Source of the DNA: Octopus sinensis
Lineage: Eukaryota
Length of the DNA stretch: 64,000 nt
NCBI RefSeq assembly: GCF_006345805.1
Contig: NC_043008.1
Coordinates: forward strand, 6,138,001 to 6,202,000
Direction: 5' to 3'
Part shown: positions 1 to 13,620 of the stretch, piece after piece
Layout: each line of letters starts with the position of its first letter
Position numbering within the stretch: the first letter of the stretch is position 1
Translations under genes and position numbers: made by a program
The notes under the pieces: generated by a model
Seen by the model: only the letters and a program-made list of their open reading frames with translations
Database searches by the model: none
Told to the model about the DNA's origin: nothing

Positions 1-22
1 CTGCACACCTATACATATGTAT

Positions 23-240
23 CATCATCATCATCCTCGTTTAATGCCCATTTGCCATGTTGGCATGGGTAGGACAGTTTGACAGGGAGTGGCAAGGTGG
101 GAAACTACACCCAGCCCAGCTGATTTCTATGGTTGAGGGCCCTTCCTGATGCTGACCATTTAACAGGGTTTTACTGAGTGCTTTGTATGTGGCACCAGCA
201 CTAATGAGGTCACCAAGTATCTTACAGAACAAGACCCCGC
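23..240 (-). mobile_element. RTE-LINE-derived 3' tail with (ATG)n end
   Basis: (cat)n followed by ccatgttggcatgggt...gcccttcctgatgc. Same tail family as 9810-10058, 27444-27624 and 36352-36590. Confidence 0.6.
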
Positions 241-674
241 AACAGGAGGGAGTAGTATTGAGGGACAGAAAGGAGTCTTCATTAAAAGAGAGACATGGTT
301 ACCTCAGATGGAGAAGTGAGAGAGAGAGAGAAGAGAAAAATGGTGAAGAAGTGGAAGAGAGGGGCCAGGGGCTGTACACATAAGTTACAGTGTGGTATAA
401 ATAGTGGAGTTGACAGGGGACTGGGGTTTGTGGGTGAGTTCACAAGAGTTCAGAAAAACAGTGGGAGCTCAAAGGGATTAAGTTGATTACATCGACTGAC
501 CTCGGCAGAATTTGAACTCAGAACAAAATATCGGCAGATGACATACTGCTAAGCATTTCGCCCGGCATGCTAACATTTCTGCCAGGTAGAGGGAGACTAG
601 AGGGAAGAGATTAACAGGTGTGATGAGTATGGGTGAGTTGTGGGGAGGGAAGGGGTCATGGACATCAAAGTTTT

Positions 675-958
675 TTTAGCTGGGCAGGTCTCCTCAAGCA
701 CAGCACATCACCAGTTGTCTCAGTCCTTTGTCACCTCCTCAGTGAGGCTTAACATCTGAAGGACATTTCTCATCACCACATCCCACATCATCTTGATTCC
801 TCCTCTTCCACTGGTTCCCTCCACATTTTGAGATCAGCCCTTCTTTATGCAGCTGTCCTCATCCATATGTGTCACATACCCAGTGCAGTCTTCTCTCTTG
901 CACAATACATTTGATGCCTCTTATATCCAATTTTTCTCTCAAAACATTTATGCATACA
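675..958 (-). mobile_element. Degenerate RTE-clade LINE ORF2 C-terminal fragment
   Basis: Minus strand reads VLREKLDIRGIKCIVQERRLHW..., then frameshifted. Homologous to the RTE ends at 10141 and 45815. Confidence 0.65.
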
Positions 959-1398
959 TTTTGTAGGGTGTCACTGAAGCACTATTAGTTTAAAATAGCA
1001 ATCAATTTTTCATACTTGAAGTAGATACAACATAGAAAGCCTAATTAATCAGCTGTGGTATTTGTCCTCAGAGGATGTCTCTTATGGACACACTGGGATA
1101 AAAAGTACATTTCTGCCTCCTTAAGCTTTGTCAGTGGATACTCCCTACCTCTGCATATCAAACAAGACCATTCCTCTGGAGGTACCAGAGACCTGTCTTC
1201 TTCCCTACTAAAACTATCATCTTTGCCAGGTTTACTTACAGATCTCTGGGTGCTAGTTCTAGAGTCCATGCCTGAAATATCCTCTGATATTCTCATATAG
1301 GTTCAGCTATGAAAACTAGGGTTGATTTGTTCAACTAAAGGCAGTGCTCCAGCATGGCCTCAGTCAAATGACTGAAATAAGTAAAAGGATAAAAGGAT

Positions 1399-1429
1399 AT
1401 CTATCTATCTATCTATATATATTTCTATG

Positions 1430-1474
<45 letters not shown>

Positions 1475-1629
1475 TTGTGTGTATATACATATATATCTTG
1501 CATACATATCTATATATAATGCAAAAAATATGACAAATGATGAAAATGAGGCTTTTAAAAAAAATTGAAATGAAAAATATACAATTAATAATAATAATAA
1601 TAATAATTGTGATAGTAATGATAATAATA

Positions 1630-1667
<38 letters not shown>

Positions 1668-1684
1668 GTAATAATAATAATAAT
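1399..1684. repeat. (AT)n and (AAT)n microsatellites
   Basis: Directly visible. Source of the YI-rich and poly-I ORFs. Confidence 0.95.
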
Positions 1685-2780
1685 TGTGATAGTCGTAGTG
1701 GCATGGGATAAATTACCTTCTAAAAAAATGGTTTCCATTAGTAAAAACCCTAAAAGCACCATACAAACTGACTACAAAAGAAACAGGTTCAAATGAAAGC
1801 ATTTCTTTTTCGGCAACAATGAAAGCCGCATTTCTCAAAAGCATTTTACAACACAGCAATGTGAATAAAACATCGACAATCTGGCTCAGTTTCATTCATT
1901 TTCTGATCACTGTATAATATCTATATATATATATGTATATATATATGTATATATATGTATATATATGTATGTATATATATATGTATATATATATATCTAC
2001 AAAGCACAAAAAAATATATTTATTATTATTTATATGAATGCTATGCATGTATGTATATGTATTTGGCAAGTAGGTTGTGATTTCTGCATTTTTTTTCTTC
2101 GTTTTTTTTTTTTTTGTGTGTGTTGCATTTTACCCCTCCCCTCATCCTGTTTCAGATCAGATTATTAAAAGCCATGTAACCCCTAGGGGGGGTGGGGGGA
2201 AATGGGGGGGGGGGGGTAAACTGGTAAAGAGTAATCTACAATAATCAATAAATGCTGCTACGAAAAAAAAAAAAAAATGAAAAAGCAGAAACTAGGAGGG
2301 TATGAAAGGAATATATTTGGTTTTATTTATTCATTTATTTCTATTCATGCATTTTTTTTTAATCATTCAGTCAAATAGCTGTGACCTCCAAAGGAAAATA
2401 CAAAAAAAAAACCAAATCAAAATAGCCTCAGCTTATATGAAGAATGATGCATAGTGCAGTTTGTGTGTGTGTATGCATTTGTATGTGTGTTTGTGTGTGT
2501 ATATATATATATATATATTTATTTATGCATATATATATATTCCTATATATTATAGAGGAGTTAAATACATGATCGGAGTGTCTACTATGCAATGGTAAAA
2601 ACTGCTTCCTATGTGATGTTTTCAATTTTTCCAGCTTTGTCCCTGCTTTCAGGGCCTTCACCTCTACTATATTAACTGAAAACCATCTTGGAATGGTCAT
2701 CTTTGTTGACAAAATACGTCAAAGCTGACTTGTATAAGTTGAAATTCTTCGAATTTAATAAATACAAATTATGTTGAATG

Positions 2781-3172
2781 TTTTTATTTTATTTCATCTA
2801 GTTTCAGCTCACGAGCTGTGGCCATGTTGGGGCACCGCCATTTGGTGTTGCTACATGATTTTACTTCACGAATGCTTTTTAGCAATTGACATTCGGTGCA
2901 TGAGAGAGTTTGATGCAGCTGCCCTCATCTGCACCTCCTGCTATGAAGTTAGTTCATCTGGGACACCTGACAGGAAGAGGTCCAGCATTATTTTGAAGAC
3001 ACCTACATCCACCTGATGCAGGTCTCTCAGGTCCTTCAGGAGGATATTGAAGAGCTCTGGACCTCTGAAGCCCAGGCTACTGCAGTATCTTGTCCTACAT
3101 CTTGATGGCAAATTTGGAGTCCTTGGCACTATGCAGTGGCACCCAGTTCTAGTATGTAAATGTTACATCTTT
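2781..3172 (-). mobile_element. CR1/L2-group LINE 3' fragment
   Basis: Encodes ...RTRYCSSLGFRGPELFNILLKDLRDLHQVDVGVFKIMLDLFLSGVPDE, the FN.LP...FK..LD C-terminal motif of CR1/L2 ORF2, followed by an A-rich tail. Second copy at 13285-13620. Confidence 0.7.
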
Positions 3173-4620
3173 TGTTCTGGTTTTTTGTCACCTGATTTTC
3201 TTACAAAAGATTTTACGTGGAATGATGTCCAGAGTTTTTCAATAGCAGTCATTTCAGAGAACATTTTTTTAAATGTCTTTTCCTCTAAGGATGAATAACC
3301 AGATAACTGATTTATAGTAATGAATCCTGTCCCCTAACTTTCTTCTTCACTAGTCAGTTAAGGTGAGACAGTGTCACATGACAACTTGCTGGGGCTGCCT
3401 GCTGGAGCCTAGCGGCAGGTATTTAAAGGGAAAAATTTGACAAGTCAGTCACCGGCTGACACTACATCGAAGGGCCAGGGAACAGAAGAAAGAAGAGGAA
3501 AGAAGACATGCACCCAACACCAGAGCTGAAAACACCTCCGAAAGGGGGGTCCCTGCCACATCAAAACGGTAGAGGAGTAGGGGCCGAAATCGGACGTGGT
3601 TCCTCCTGATGATGTCTTGAGTTAACTGGATCCTATAAAGAAGCTGTTGTGGTAGCAGCCCACAAAACACGGTTGTAATTCCTCAGTGCATAATTTTATT
3701 AACACAAGTGCCTAGATGTGCTGGAGCTGAGAATTCTACAGATAGTTCTGTCAGAACAAAATCAATAACATAAATCCTTTTGGTAGCCACATATATATAT
3801 TCTGCCATAAACCAAGGTAGTTAGGAATTATTGTGTAAAAAGACCAACAATGTCTGTTGTTTGATTATGAAGCCAGTCACAGGAGATACTGAAATATCTT
3901 AGGAGCATAACGAGGCTTCTAATGAGAAGGCTTTTCAACATAAAACCCTCTTCTGAATAGAATACAAATTACTCTATCAAATTTGCTCAAGGCACATCCT
4001 TTATCACTGGAGTCTCCTCAGAAGTTTCAAATCTCAAATCAATTCAAGATGCAAGCTATTCTTCAATTGTTATACTGAATATCTCTTGGAACAATACAAC
4101 AAGAAGCATAACAAAGTGTGCATCAAATTTCTCATCTTTGTCAATATGCAAGAGTCAAAATAGGGTGGCAGATCTATCAGCACAAGGTGTTGTTAAGAGG
4201 TATTTGATGAGAAATTTTTGGGACAGGGAAGCTCTTTGAATTCCAAGTTGTTTGGATTTTCTCAAGAGCCAGGGTGATTTCCACTAACTTATAGGATTTA
4301 CACAACAGCATCAGCACCATGTTGCCCCAACACTATCTCTTTGGTAGTACATAGTATTACCATAATGCAACCAGTTCCATTATGAATTTTTGATGAAGCA
4401 TTCAATAGGATTGAATATATTTTATAATTTCAGTTTATAATTAGCCATCATTCATCAATCTTCATTATCAACTGCAGAAACATTCAGAACAGATACAAAA
4501 CAAGACAAATACTAATTTCATCTTTCATGTTTTTCTCTCATGCTATCTGTGCTCTCCATATCATACAATAGCCCCGTACCTGTTGCATGCAACCCTACCG
4601 AATCATGTAGAAGAGGGAAT

Positions 4621-4850
4621 TTAACCCTTTAGTGTTCGCATTATTCTGCCCAAATTAATACTTTTTTATCCAAATTGTTTTGAACTAATCATCCATTATC
4701 TTGTAGCTATGGGATTTTGAAGAGGTAGCTGTTAATTTTTAAAACGATATTGTAGGGTTGGTGCGAGAGACCAGATCTGGCTTGTTTGAATATAAAACAG
4801 GCAGAATACTTTTGGCCAGATATGGCTGGTTTAAATGCTAAAGTAGTTAA
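4621..4850. mobile_element. piggyBac-like MITE, family 1 (TTAA-flanked)
   Basis: TTAA|CCCTTTAG...CTAAAG(T)AG|TTAA termini. Related copies at 29883-30333, 31042-31269 and 48467-48680. Confidence 0.7.
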
Positions 4851-4985
4851 CGCTGGTTCTATCAAGAATCACAACCAATATGGTGGTTTTGTCAAGTACT
4901 CTAGTGCATCTATTTTCACTTATATTTGCTTAACTGAGGTACGCATTTCCAACAAATAGCCATCATTAACATCAAAGTATATATA

Positions 4986-6087
4986 TCAGGTCATTCAGAA
5001 CGAAATGTCTGATTTTGAACTGAAAGTTTATTATACTTTATCTCAACAAAAAGCAATGCAGTTAATCAAAGTATGCACCTAAATTATCAACACAATTTTA
5101 CCATTTTATCAGTAGCTTATTTATGCTGGCAGCGAAGAATTCTGGAGAGCAAGAGGTGATGGAATCACAAAAGGCTGTTTTTGCATCTTCTTTGGATTTG
5201 AAGTTTTTTCTTGCAAAAGGTTGTCTAATGCCTGGAAAACGTGATAGTCAGTTGGTGCAAGGTCTGGTGAATATGGTGGATGACAGAGTACGTTCAAGTT
5301 CAGTTCCTGTAACTTGAGTAGTGTTCTTTGTGCAACTTGTAGTCAGCATTGTCTTGCAAGAGGAATGGCCTGTCTATATTGACAAATCTCAGTTGGTTAA
5401 TTACAAATTCACTCTCCATTTCAACCAACTGGTTGATGTATACATCCACTGTAATTGACTTACCAGGTCTTATGCAGTTGTAGAGGATGACACCAGCACT
5501 GGACCACCAAACAGACACCTTTAGCTTTTTTGGTGAATATTCTTTTTTGGATTGTGTTTTGGCACTTTGTCTCTATCCAACCACCATGCAGAATGCTTGC
5601 TATTGTTGAAAAGAATATATTTTCCATCATACATAACAATATGATGCAAAAAAAATTTATGCCATGACCACAAAGAACAGCAAGTTTCAAGACGACGTAT
5701 ATTTTCATTCTTGTTCAGTTCCTTTGGTACCCACTTGTCCAGCTTCTTTACCATGCCGATTTGTTTCAGATGGTCCAATACAGTTGGAATCAAAACATCA
5801 AACCTTGCTGCTAACTCACGCGTAGTTTGAGATGTATCCATCTCCACTACAGTTTTCAGCTCATCATTATCCACCTTGGTCTCAGGTCTAGCACAGGGCT
5901 GATTTTCAAGAGTAAAGTCACCAGACCGGAACTTCTTAAACCATCGACATACAGTGTGCTCATTCGGCACATCATCACCAAACACCTCATTGATGTTTCG
6001 AGCTGTCTGGGATGCATTGGTTCCATGAAGGAACTCATATTCATAAACAACACAAATTTTGTATCTATCCATGGCTTCACAAAAAAG
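4986..6087 (-). mobile_element. Mariner (Tc1/mariner) element, 5' TIR missing
   Basis: TA followed by TIR-like tcaggtcattcagaacgaaatgtctgatttt at 4986. Contains the transposase pseudogene. No matching terminal inverted repeat (TIR) is visible beyond 6087. Confidence 0.85.
5062..6072 (-). pseudogene. Frameshifted mariner transposase
   Basis: Split over ORFs 5521-6072, 5300-5518 and a further frame. Shows an N-terminal HTH (TARNINEVFGDD...RWFKKFRSGDFTLE), WVPKEL, MYDGKYILFNN (TGDEKW equivalent), VWWS, LLQDNA and HPPYSPDLAPTDYHVF, ending YFD-TAA at 5062. Confidence 0.92.
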
Positions 6088-6214
6088 TGTGTGTATTCTT
6101 CATTAGACATCACATGATTGCTGTACCTGAGCATCATCATCATCATCATGTGAAGTTGGTTGTTTCCAGTCTTCTGCAAAACAATATGTCATCCTATGGA
6201 AAAATATTGCCTTA

Positions 6215-6425
6215 AGGTGGCAAACTGGCAAAATTGATAGCACGCTAGGCAAAATGCTTAGTGGTATTTCGTCTGTCGTTATGTTCTGAGTTCAAATTCC
6301 ACCGAGGTTGACATTGCCTTTCATTCTTTCGGGGTCGATAAATTAAGTACCAGTTACACACTGGGGTCGATATAATTGACTTAATCCTCTCGCACAAGCT
6401 GCCCTCATGGCAAAAATTTGAAATC
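6215..6425 (+). mobile_element. SINE family B (tRNA-like head, Meta/MESC-like central domain)
   Basis: ggtggcaaactggca...gagttcaaattcc (B box)...gcctttcattctttcggggtcgataaattaagtaccag. More than 15 copies or fragments in the window. The domain name is from recall, not a search. Confidence 0.8.
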
Positions 6426-9144
6426 ATTATTATTATTATTATTATTACAACAATCATCATTATCAATCAGTTATGTCAAGATGTCAAACCTGTAGTATTT
6501 GATGACTTAGCAGTCAGCTGACAGGACATAAATCAACGATATATTTATTTATTTATTGGTTTTTCCCAAATTTTAACTTAATTAGTGTAAATCTTCATAA
6601 GACTGATTGTTTAAGAAGCACACTCCAGATTTTGTGTGCTGTTTCTGTTGATAAGTCGACCCAACAATTAATTTGTTATTTTTACAAAAGCCAGAACTAC
6701 CTAGTGATTAACAAATTAAGAATTAATAGCATTAACTCTCTTTGGAAATGCTGACGTGGCATACTAATGAGGAATGGCTTTTCACAGATTATTTGTCAAT
6801 GTTATACTCTACAAGAAAATGACAATTACCATCTTCATTTTTATCACCATTACCATTATGATTGGTGCTTTTACATGGCGCCCATATTTACAAATCAGTC
6901 TTGATTAGGAAATGATGGGGAATCTGTCATTTTGAAGTTTCATGGAATTCCTTCTTCCCTCTGTCACTCTTCATTTACCATTCCCGGAATTACTCTCAGC
7001 TTTCACTGATTTTACTTTGGTCATCTTCCATGTTGGCACCACAAGGACCTACAGACATACACGAACATACTGGACAACAGAAGGAATACAACACTATCAT
7101 ACATCACCTCATCTAATACACAGCTGTGATCAGAGTTCATGTGGAGGGTTACTGTATATTTAATTTACTAGATCTGGAATTATATTTTATCATATATGGC
7201 TAACTCTACATTTGCCATAAGGTTTACTCAATCAGAGATGAAATGTGGTTACACAATAACAATTGTAGATACACACCACTGTCCAAATCAGAATATTTCT
7301 TCGAATAACATCAATTTTTTTTTTCTGTTATACTGGGTGAAGTTCCAGCCATAATACATCAGGGAAAACATTTAGGCTTTGGCCAGGGTTAACTGCTTTT
7401 GTGCCCCCTTTTATCAAGGTTTAAGTGCTTAACAACTTTTGTGCTCCTTGTACATTTATAATAGCATTTGGAATGTCTAGGAATGAAATATATTATTCAA
7501 CTGCACCCAGTTAACCAAACTGATGAGAATAAGGTGGTGAAAATTGTAAGAAAGAAAAAAAAAAACAACTTATTTATTTAAGCTAACTCTCAATAGCAAT
7601 CTATGTTCCTAGTAAGACCAAAGTTAGATGTTATTAATGAACTAATGTTATTAATGAACTAATGAACTAAAAGTAATTGTTGATCATCATCAGTAAAGGA
7701 GAGAGAGAAGGAAAGTTTCATTTAAAACATTTCTTCCGAATAAATGAAAAGTCTTATTAAAATTTATGCAACTAAAATTGACATAATTATAGGATGGAAA
7801 AACAGCAAAAAAAAACTCAAAACAACAACAAAAAAACTCTCTTAATTTCTGTTTTGTAGCCAGGTCATTGATTTTCTTCAAGTTAGTCGTGGTGTTGTTT
7901 TATTTTTCTTATTTTCTTCTATCGTTAATAATTCCATATCAAACTTGGAATTATTTACTAAAGAAAACATAGGTGGAGAGAAAGATTATTATTTGTTTTG
8001 CTTTTCTTTTCAACGTCAGTTTTTTTTAAATATTTTTAAATATTTTTTAATATTTAAAAAAAAAATTCTCTTTTGAAACTTCTCAAAGTTAATATTTTGC
8101 TAAGCTAGACTGTTTGAATTAAGCATACAATGATTAGAACACTGTTTTTCAGGTTTCTTTTGTATTATTTTGATTTTTGAAATTCTCATTTGTTTTTTAT
8201 TTTTCCTCTTTTCCTTTTTCTTCTTCTGTCGCTCTTTCTTTCCTTCCTCTTTCCCACACTTTCTTTATCTCTGTCTCTCCCTCTTTCTCTCTCATTATCA
8301 ACTGTAATTATTATGAATTACTTCAAAAGTCGATATAATTGAGAACTTTTATAAGTTCTAACCATTTTGCTTCATTCTTGATTGGGTCACCAGAAGAAGA
8401 AGAAGAAGATGAGGCAGTGCATTAAAAGGTTAGAATCTTCAATTATACAGACATTATTAATTTTTTGTTACATCACATATGAGTGAAGATGCTGCTACTA
8501 ATAATGCACTCGTTAATTCTGGAGGCAGTTGTTGAAACAACAGCTACACATCATAATCATTAGATTTCTATCAACTTATAAAAATAAAATCTACATTTTT
8601 GGTACTTCTTTTGATATATTCCTTTCAAACTAGAAGTTTATCTCTTTGTCTCCAATATTTTCGACTTGTAAGCACCATCTGAACACCAACATTTAAGTGG
8701 CTTCTACTTCAGGAACAAATTTAGTAAAATATCCCTGTAAAATGTCTAGTTATGCTTCACAAAGCAAGATTTTTCAAAATATTTTCTCTCAATAAAAAGC
8801 TTTTCCTAATCACACTGCGCAAACCAAATTCAGTTTCCAGATTCCAGTTCCTGTTTTTGTATCTTAACTGCCTCAATTTAGTAACCATTAATGAGTTGAA
8901 AAAATTTCTCTTCGAAATGGTAGTTTATGAATATGTGTTTCCTTGATGAGAACAATAAGTACAAAAATAAGAAAAAAAAGACATACTACCAAGGAATGAA
9001 TTTAAAAAAACAGAAACCTGTTAAAACAAATCTACAATTTCTGGATATTTGAGTGAGGTGTGCTGCTCACATATCTCAAAAATGTTTTTTGGACAATTGT
9101 CAATATTGGATTTGGATTAAATAGGGAAGATCTGTATGTTATTG

Positions 9145-9394
9145 TTATACTTGGGGGTGGTCATACTTTACCAATTAAACACATAAACTATATATTTAGT
9201 CTTTACTTAAGCTTTATTATCATTATTCTTCTTTTTCTTCTTCTTATTATTATTTCTAATTTCTTTGTCAAAGCTCTTTCAACACACCTCCTGTGACCTC
9301 TTCAGCAACTCTTTATTCCACACATCTCATGCTCTGTTTAAGCCATTTTGACAAGTGCTTTGACAAAGAAACAAATAATAATAATAATAATAAC

Positions 9395-9430
<36 letters not shown>

Positions 9431-9498
9431 GCTGAAGTGAAGACTAAATATATAGTGTGTGTATTTAATTGGCAACAGATAATCATTCCCAAGTATAA
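9145..9498. repeat. Foldback / long imperfect inverted repeat
   Basis: Arms ~9145-9274 and ~9357-9498 are reverse complements, e.g. actatatatttagtctt / aagactaaatatatagt and tttctttgtcaaagc / gctttgacaaagaaa. Confidence 0.8.
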
Positions 9499-9809
9499 AA
9501 ATATCTGTCTTAACACATGATTCCACATCAAGAATCTTACAAAACAAATACATAAATGTAACTTGTATGCTGTTTCTTTCTTGGAAGACCATTTTTGCAA
9601 CAACAGACATTTATGGCTTTTCACAGAACTTTTCACACAGAACAACTTCTTTCTGCAAAAAGTTAGCTCACTCTTAGATTTGTCTGTGTAGTGAGGCAAA
9701 ATTCTGTCACAGAGTTTAACAGACAAACAATGTTGTTAAAACTTATTCTTTTACTAGTTGCAGTGAATTTGGTCTGCAGCCATACTTGGACACAGCCTTC
9801 AAGTATCTT

Positions 9810-10055
9810 AGTCTGGTTCCTGTGCAGGTGGCACGTAAAAAGCACCATTTGGACGTGGCCGTTGCCAGTACCACCAAACTGGCCCTCGTGCCGGTGGCAT
9901 GTTAAAGCACCTACTACACTCTCGGAGTGGTTGGTGTTAGGAAGAGCATACAGCTGTAGAAACACTGCTAGATCAGATTGGAGTCTGGTTCGCCAGACCT
10001 CAGTCAAATCGTCCAACCCATGCTAGCATGGAAAGCAGACGTTAAATGATGATGA

Positions 10056-10058
<3 letters not shown>
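9810..10058 (+). mobile_element. RTE-LINE 3' UTR fragment with (ATG)n tail
   Basis: ggtggcacgtaaaaagcacc repeats...ccaacccatgctagcatggaaa, then (gat)n. Confidence 0.75.
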
Positions 10059-10095
<37 letters not shown>

Positions 10096-10140
10096 ATATA
10101 CACCCACTTGTGTGCATATGCACACACACACATATATGAA

Positions 10141-10821
10141 CTTTAGGTCTCACTGAGGAAATGACTAGAGACCGAGACCTCTGGAAGTGTGCTGTGCGCG
10201 AGAAGACCCGGCAGGACAAGTGAGTCCACAACCCGTGGCCTTCTACATGGGATGGAGCCAGCCTACGTATGCATACCTTCCCTTCTTGGGACACAAAACT
10301 CTACTTGTGAAGACGTGTTGAGGCAAGTGAGGATCAGAATCGAAATCGATCAATGGAAATTGCGGATGTGCTACCAGTGCCGGTGGCATGTCGAAACTCT
10401 GCTTGTGAAGACCCATTGAGGCAAGTGAGGATCAGAATCGAAATCGATCAATGGAAATTGCAGATGTGTTACCAGTGCCGGTGGCATGTAAGAGAACTTT
10501 CCGTTTCGCGACCGTTGCCAGCACCGCCCTGTTTCGTGTCCGTTGCCAGCCTCGCCTGGCCCTCGTGCCGGTGGCACATAAAAAGCACCATCCGTTCGTG
10601 GCCGTTTGCCAGCTCTGTCTGGCACCAGTGCGGGTGGCACGTAAAAAGCACCCACTATACTCACGGAGTGGTTGGCGTTAGGAAGGGCATCCAGCCGTAG
10701 AAACACTGCCAGATTTGACTGGGCCTGATGAAGCCTTCTGGCTTCACAGACCCCAGTAGAACCGTCCAACCCATGCTAGCATGGAAAACAGACGCTAAAT
10801 GATGATGATGATGATGATGAT
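10141..10821 (+). mobile_element. RTE-LINE 3' end with internal ~99-bp tandem duplication
   Basis: ORF2 end LGLTEEMTRDRDLWKCAVREKTRQDK*. Duplicated unit aaactct..cttgtgaagac...ccggtggcatgt at ~10296 and ~10395. (ATG)n tail. Confidence 0.85.
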
Positions 10822-12089
10822 TGGGTTCCGGCAAATTTGTTTATCAAATTTCATTCATAAGTTATTGGTCAAACTGAGACAATAGCCGACAGCCACAGAC
10901 ATTTCTTCAGAGTGCTGCCCAGTAAGATTAAATACAAAACCATGTTTACAAAATGAAGTCCTTAACCACACTCACGCTTGATTTAAATTAGAAAATATTG
11001 GCTTTCTATTTCATTCGTCCTCTTTTCAAACACCATTGTATTTTCACATGAGTAACCATAATTATTGAAACGGCAATTATCGAAGAGAAAGGCCAACATT
11101 TGCCACAATTAAAGGTTCATTTCCCACCAAGTCTCATTTAAACCATCTAATTAACCAATCAATATTTCTAACCTCCATCCATTTTAATAAAAAAAAAAGA
11201 TATCTTAATGATACAAACCTACAATTTAAAATGCTAATAAGTTTAGAGTTAACACAATAATCCTTGTCATACTTAAATAGCTATTTCACTACTGTTTGAG
11301 CCATTGATGTAGATTTTTACAACAGTTGCTGCAGAGAGCCAGAGATCATTTCTGATTCACGCCTCTCAGTCATTAAAAAGTGGCTTCCACAATTATTTCA
11401 CAATCCATCATTGGACATTTCTATTTATTTATTCCACCTACTTCCAGTAAACAACATCAACCAGGGCAATTGCTAAACAATGCCCTCATCATCGATAAAG
11501 GATTGTGTTTAATGCAGCTAATTTTTTACAAAACCAAGAACAACAGGAATGATTAGAAAATAAAATTGGCAGACTTTCACGACTTTTATTCACAAAACAA
11601 AATATTTACGTTGGCAAAGAAACATCTAATCATCTTATGGCTCACTTTATTTCACTCTCTCTCTGTATATATATAATATATATATGTATATAATTAGACA
11701 TACACACACACAGACAAACATATATATCCATCTATGTACCTCACACAGAAATGTACAGAAAGATATACATTACACATATATCCACATATCCACACACAAA
11801 TATACACACACACAGTATACTTATATTAAACACATAGAAAATAAAAGTTAGATTATACACATACATACACATTCAATTTACATATATACACACAAGTGAT
11901 AATACACGTACAAACCCATAAACAGACACACAATTAAAGTCCCAGAAATACGTGCAAGTACAAATAGAAGAACACAATATGCTTATAGCATGTGTTCATT
12001 TGAATTTATACACACTCATGAATAATGCATTCACATCCAAGCACAAAGTTCCTAATCATATTATAAATCACACCCACGCACTCATTTAA

Positions 12090-12173
12090 AAATGTGTGCA
12101 TGAATACATATAAATATATATATATATATACGCATATAAATGAATATGTACACACACACATGCATCTATATTA

Positions 12174-12206
<33 letters not shown>

Positions 12207-12452
12207 TCTGCATATAAATATATATAGATATGTATAGATATGCATATAAATATATATATATGTGTATATATATACGTATATAAATGTATATATATAGATA
12301 CGCATATAAATCTATATATATAAATATGCATATAAATGTATATATATATAGAGATTTGCATACAGATGTGTATATACATACATAGATACGCATATAAATG
12401 TATATATAGATATGCATATAAATGTTTATACATACAGATATCCTCATATCAA

Positions 12453-12499
<47 letters not shown>

Positions 12500-12500
12500 C
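12090..12500. repeat. Compound AT-rich microsatellite
   Basis: (AT)n interspersed with recurring atagatacgcatataaat units. Confidence 0.9.
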
Positions 12501-12903
12501 AAGAATAGTGCATATGAGCCAAAACAAACTCTTGGCTTTATAAATGCTTTTTAAAAATTCGTTATCTTATGTTATACTATATTATATTTTTTCTATTGTA
12601 ACATAAATAAATTTTTAGTTTGTCAATTGTATTTCCCTATTTCATATTTGTATATTGCAATTATACCCTTTTGTCTGCGGTATTCAACTGTTGTACCAGT
12701 GAGAATCGGATGTTTTACATCCCTTTGAAGGAACCGGTTTTTTCCTTCGAATGTTTTATTATATGGAGGCTGATAGAATAAGAATAGGCCCTGGGGTTGA
12801 TTTGCTCGACTAAAGGCAGTGCTCCAGCATGGCCAGAGTCAAATGTTTGAAACAAGAAAAGAATAAAAGCATACAACCATATGTATATATACATATATAT
12901 GTA

Positions 12904-13256
12904 CCGGGAGTGGCTGTGTGGTAAGAAGTTTGCTTCCTAACCACATGGTTCCGGGTTCAGTCCCACCGTGTGGCAACTTGGGCAAGTGTCTTCTACTATA
13001 ACCTCGGGCTGACCAAAGCCTTGTAAGTGGATTTGGTAGATGGAAACTGAAAGAATCCTGTTGTATGTATGTATATATATAAATATATGTATATATATAT
13101 ATATATATAAATGTGTATGTGTGTGTGTGTGTATTTGTGCTCCCACTATTGCTTAACAACTGATGTTGGTGTGTTTATGTCCCCATTTGTTCAACTAAAG
13201 GTGATGCTCCAGCATTGCTGCAGTCAAATGACTGAAACAAATAGAAGAATAAAAGA
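12904..13256 (+). mobile_element. SINE family A (tRNA-derived, CORE-like, internal (AT/GT)n)
   Basis: gtggctgtgtggtaag...ccgggttcagtcccac...ttgggcaagtgtctt...gctccagcat...gtcaaatgactgaaacaa. About 11 copies in the window. Confidence 0.85.
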
Positions 13257-13284
13257 ACATGTATATATCTAAATATACATATCC

Positions 13285-13620
13285 AGCTCCAGGACTATGG
13301 CCATGCTGGAGCACTGCCAACTGGCATTGCTGCACCTTCATCAAGTCTCTTTTAATAGCTTCCTGCCATGAAGTGGACTCACCTGGGGGACCCTCAATAG
13401 CAGGAGAACTAGTTTAGTTTTGAAGACATCATCATCCCCAACATGTAGGTCCCTTGTCTCTTTTGAGAGGATACTGAAGAGCTGTGGGCTGTTGTTTCTC
13501 AAGATATTGCAGTATTTGGTCCTGTAGTTTGACAATAGGAGAGGCACAATGCAATGGCACTGGTGTTAGGATTTGTATAAGTTTCAATGCCAAGGTTTCA
13601 GACAAACCCTTCCAGCATAA
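13285..13620 (-). mobile_element. CR1/L2-group LINE 3' fragment
   Basis: Encodes YRTKYCNILRNNSPQLFSILSKETRDLHVGDDDVFKTKL. Homologous to 2781-3172. Confidence 0.65.

Noticed and set aside
3580-3620. GAAA...CTGATGA in GC-rich 3370-3690 as a hammerhead, or the region as a solo LTR
   Set aside because: No stems close the core in either topology. No convincing TG..CA ends with a TSD.
3700-4600. Possible decayed hAT transposase C-terminus on minus
   Set aside because: Only a short fuzzy peptide resemblance, many stops and no TIRs identified.
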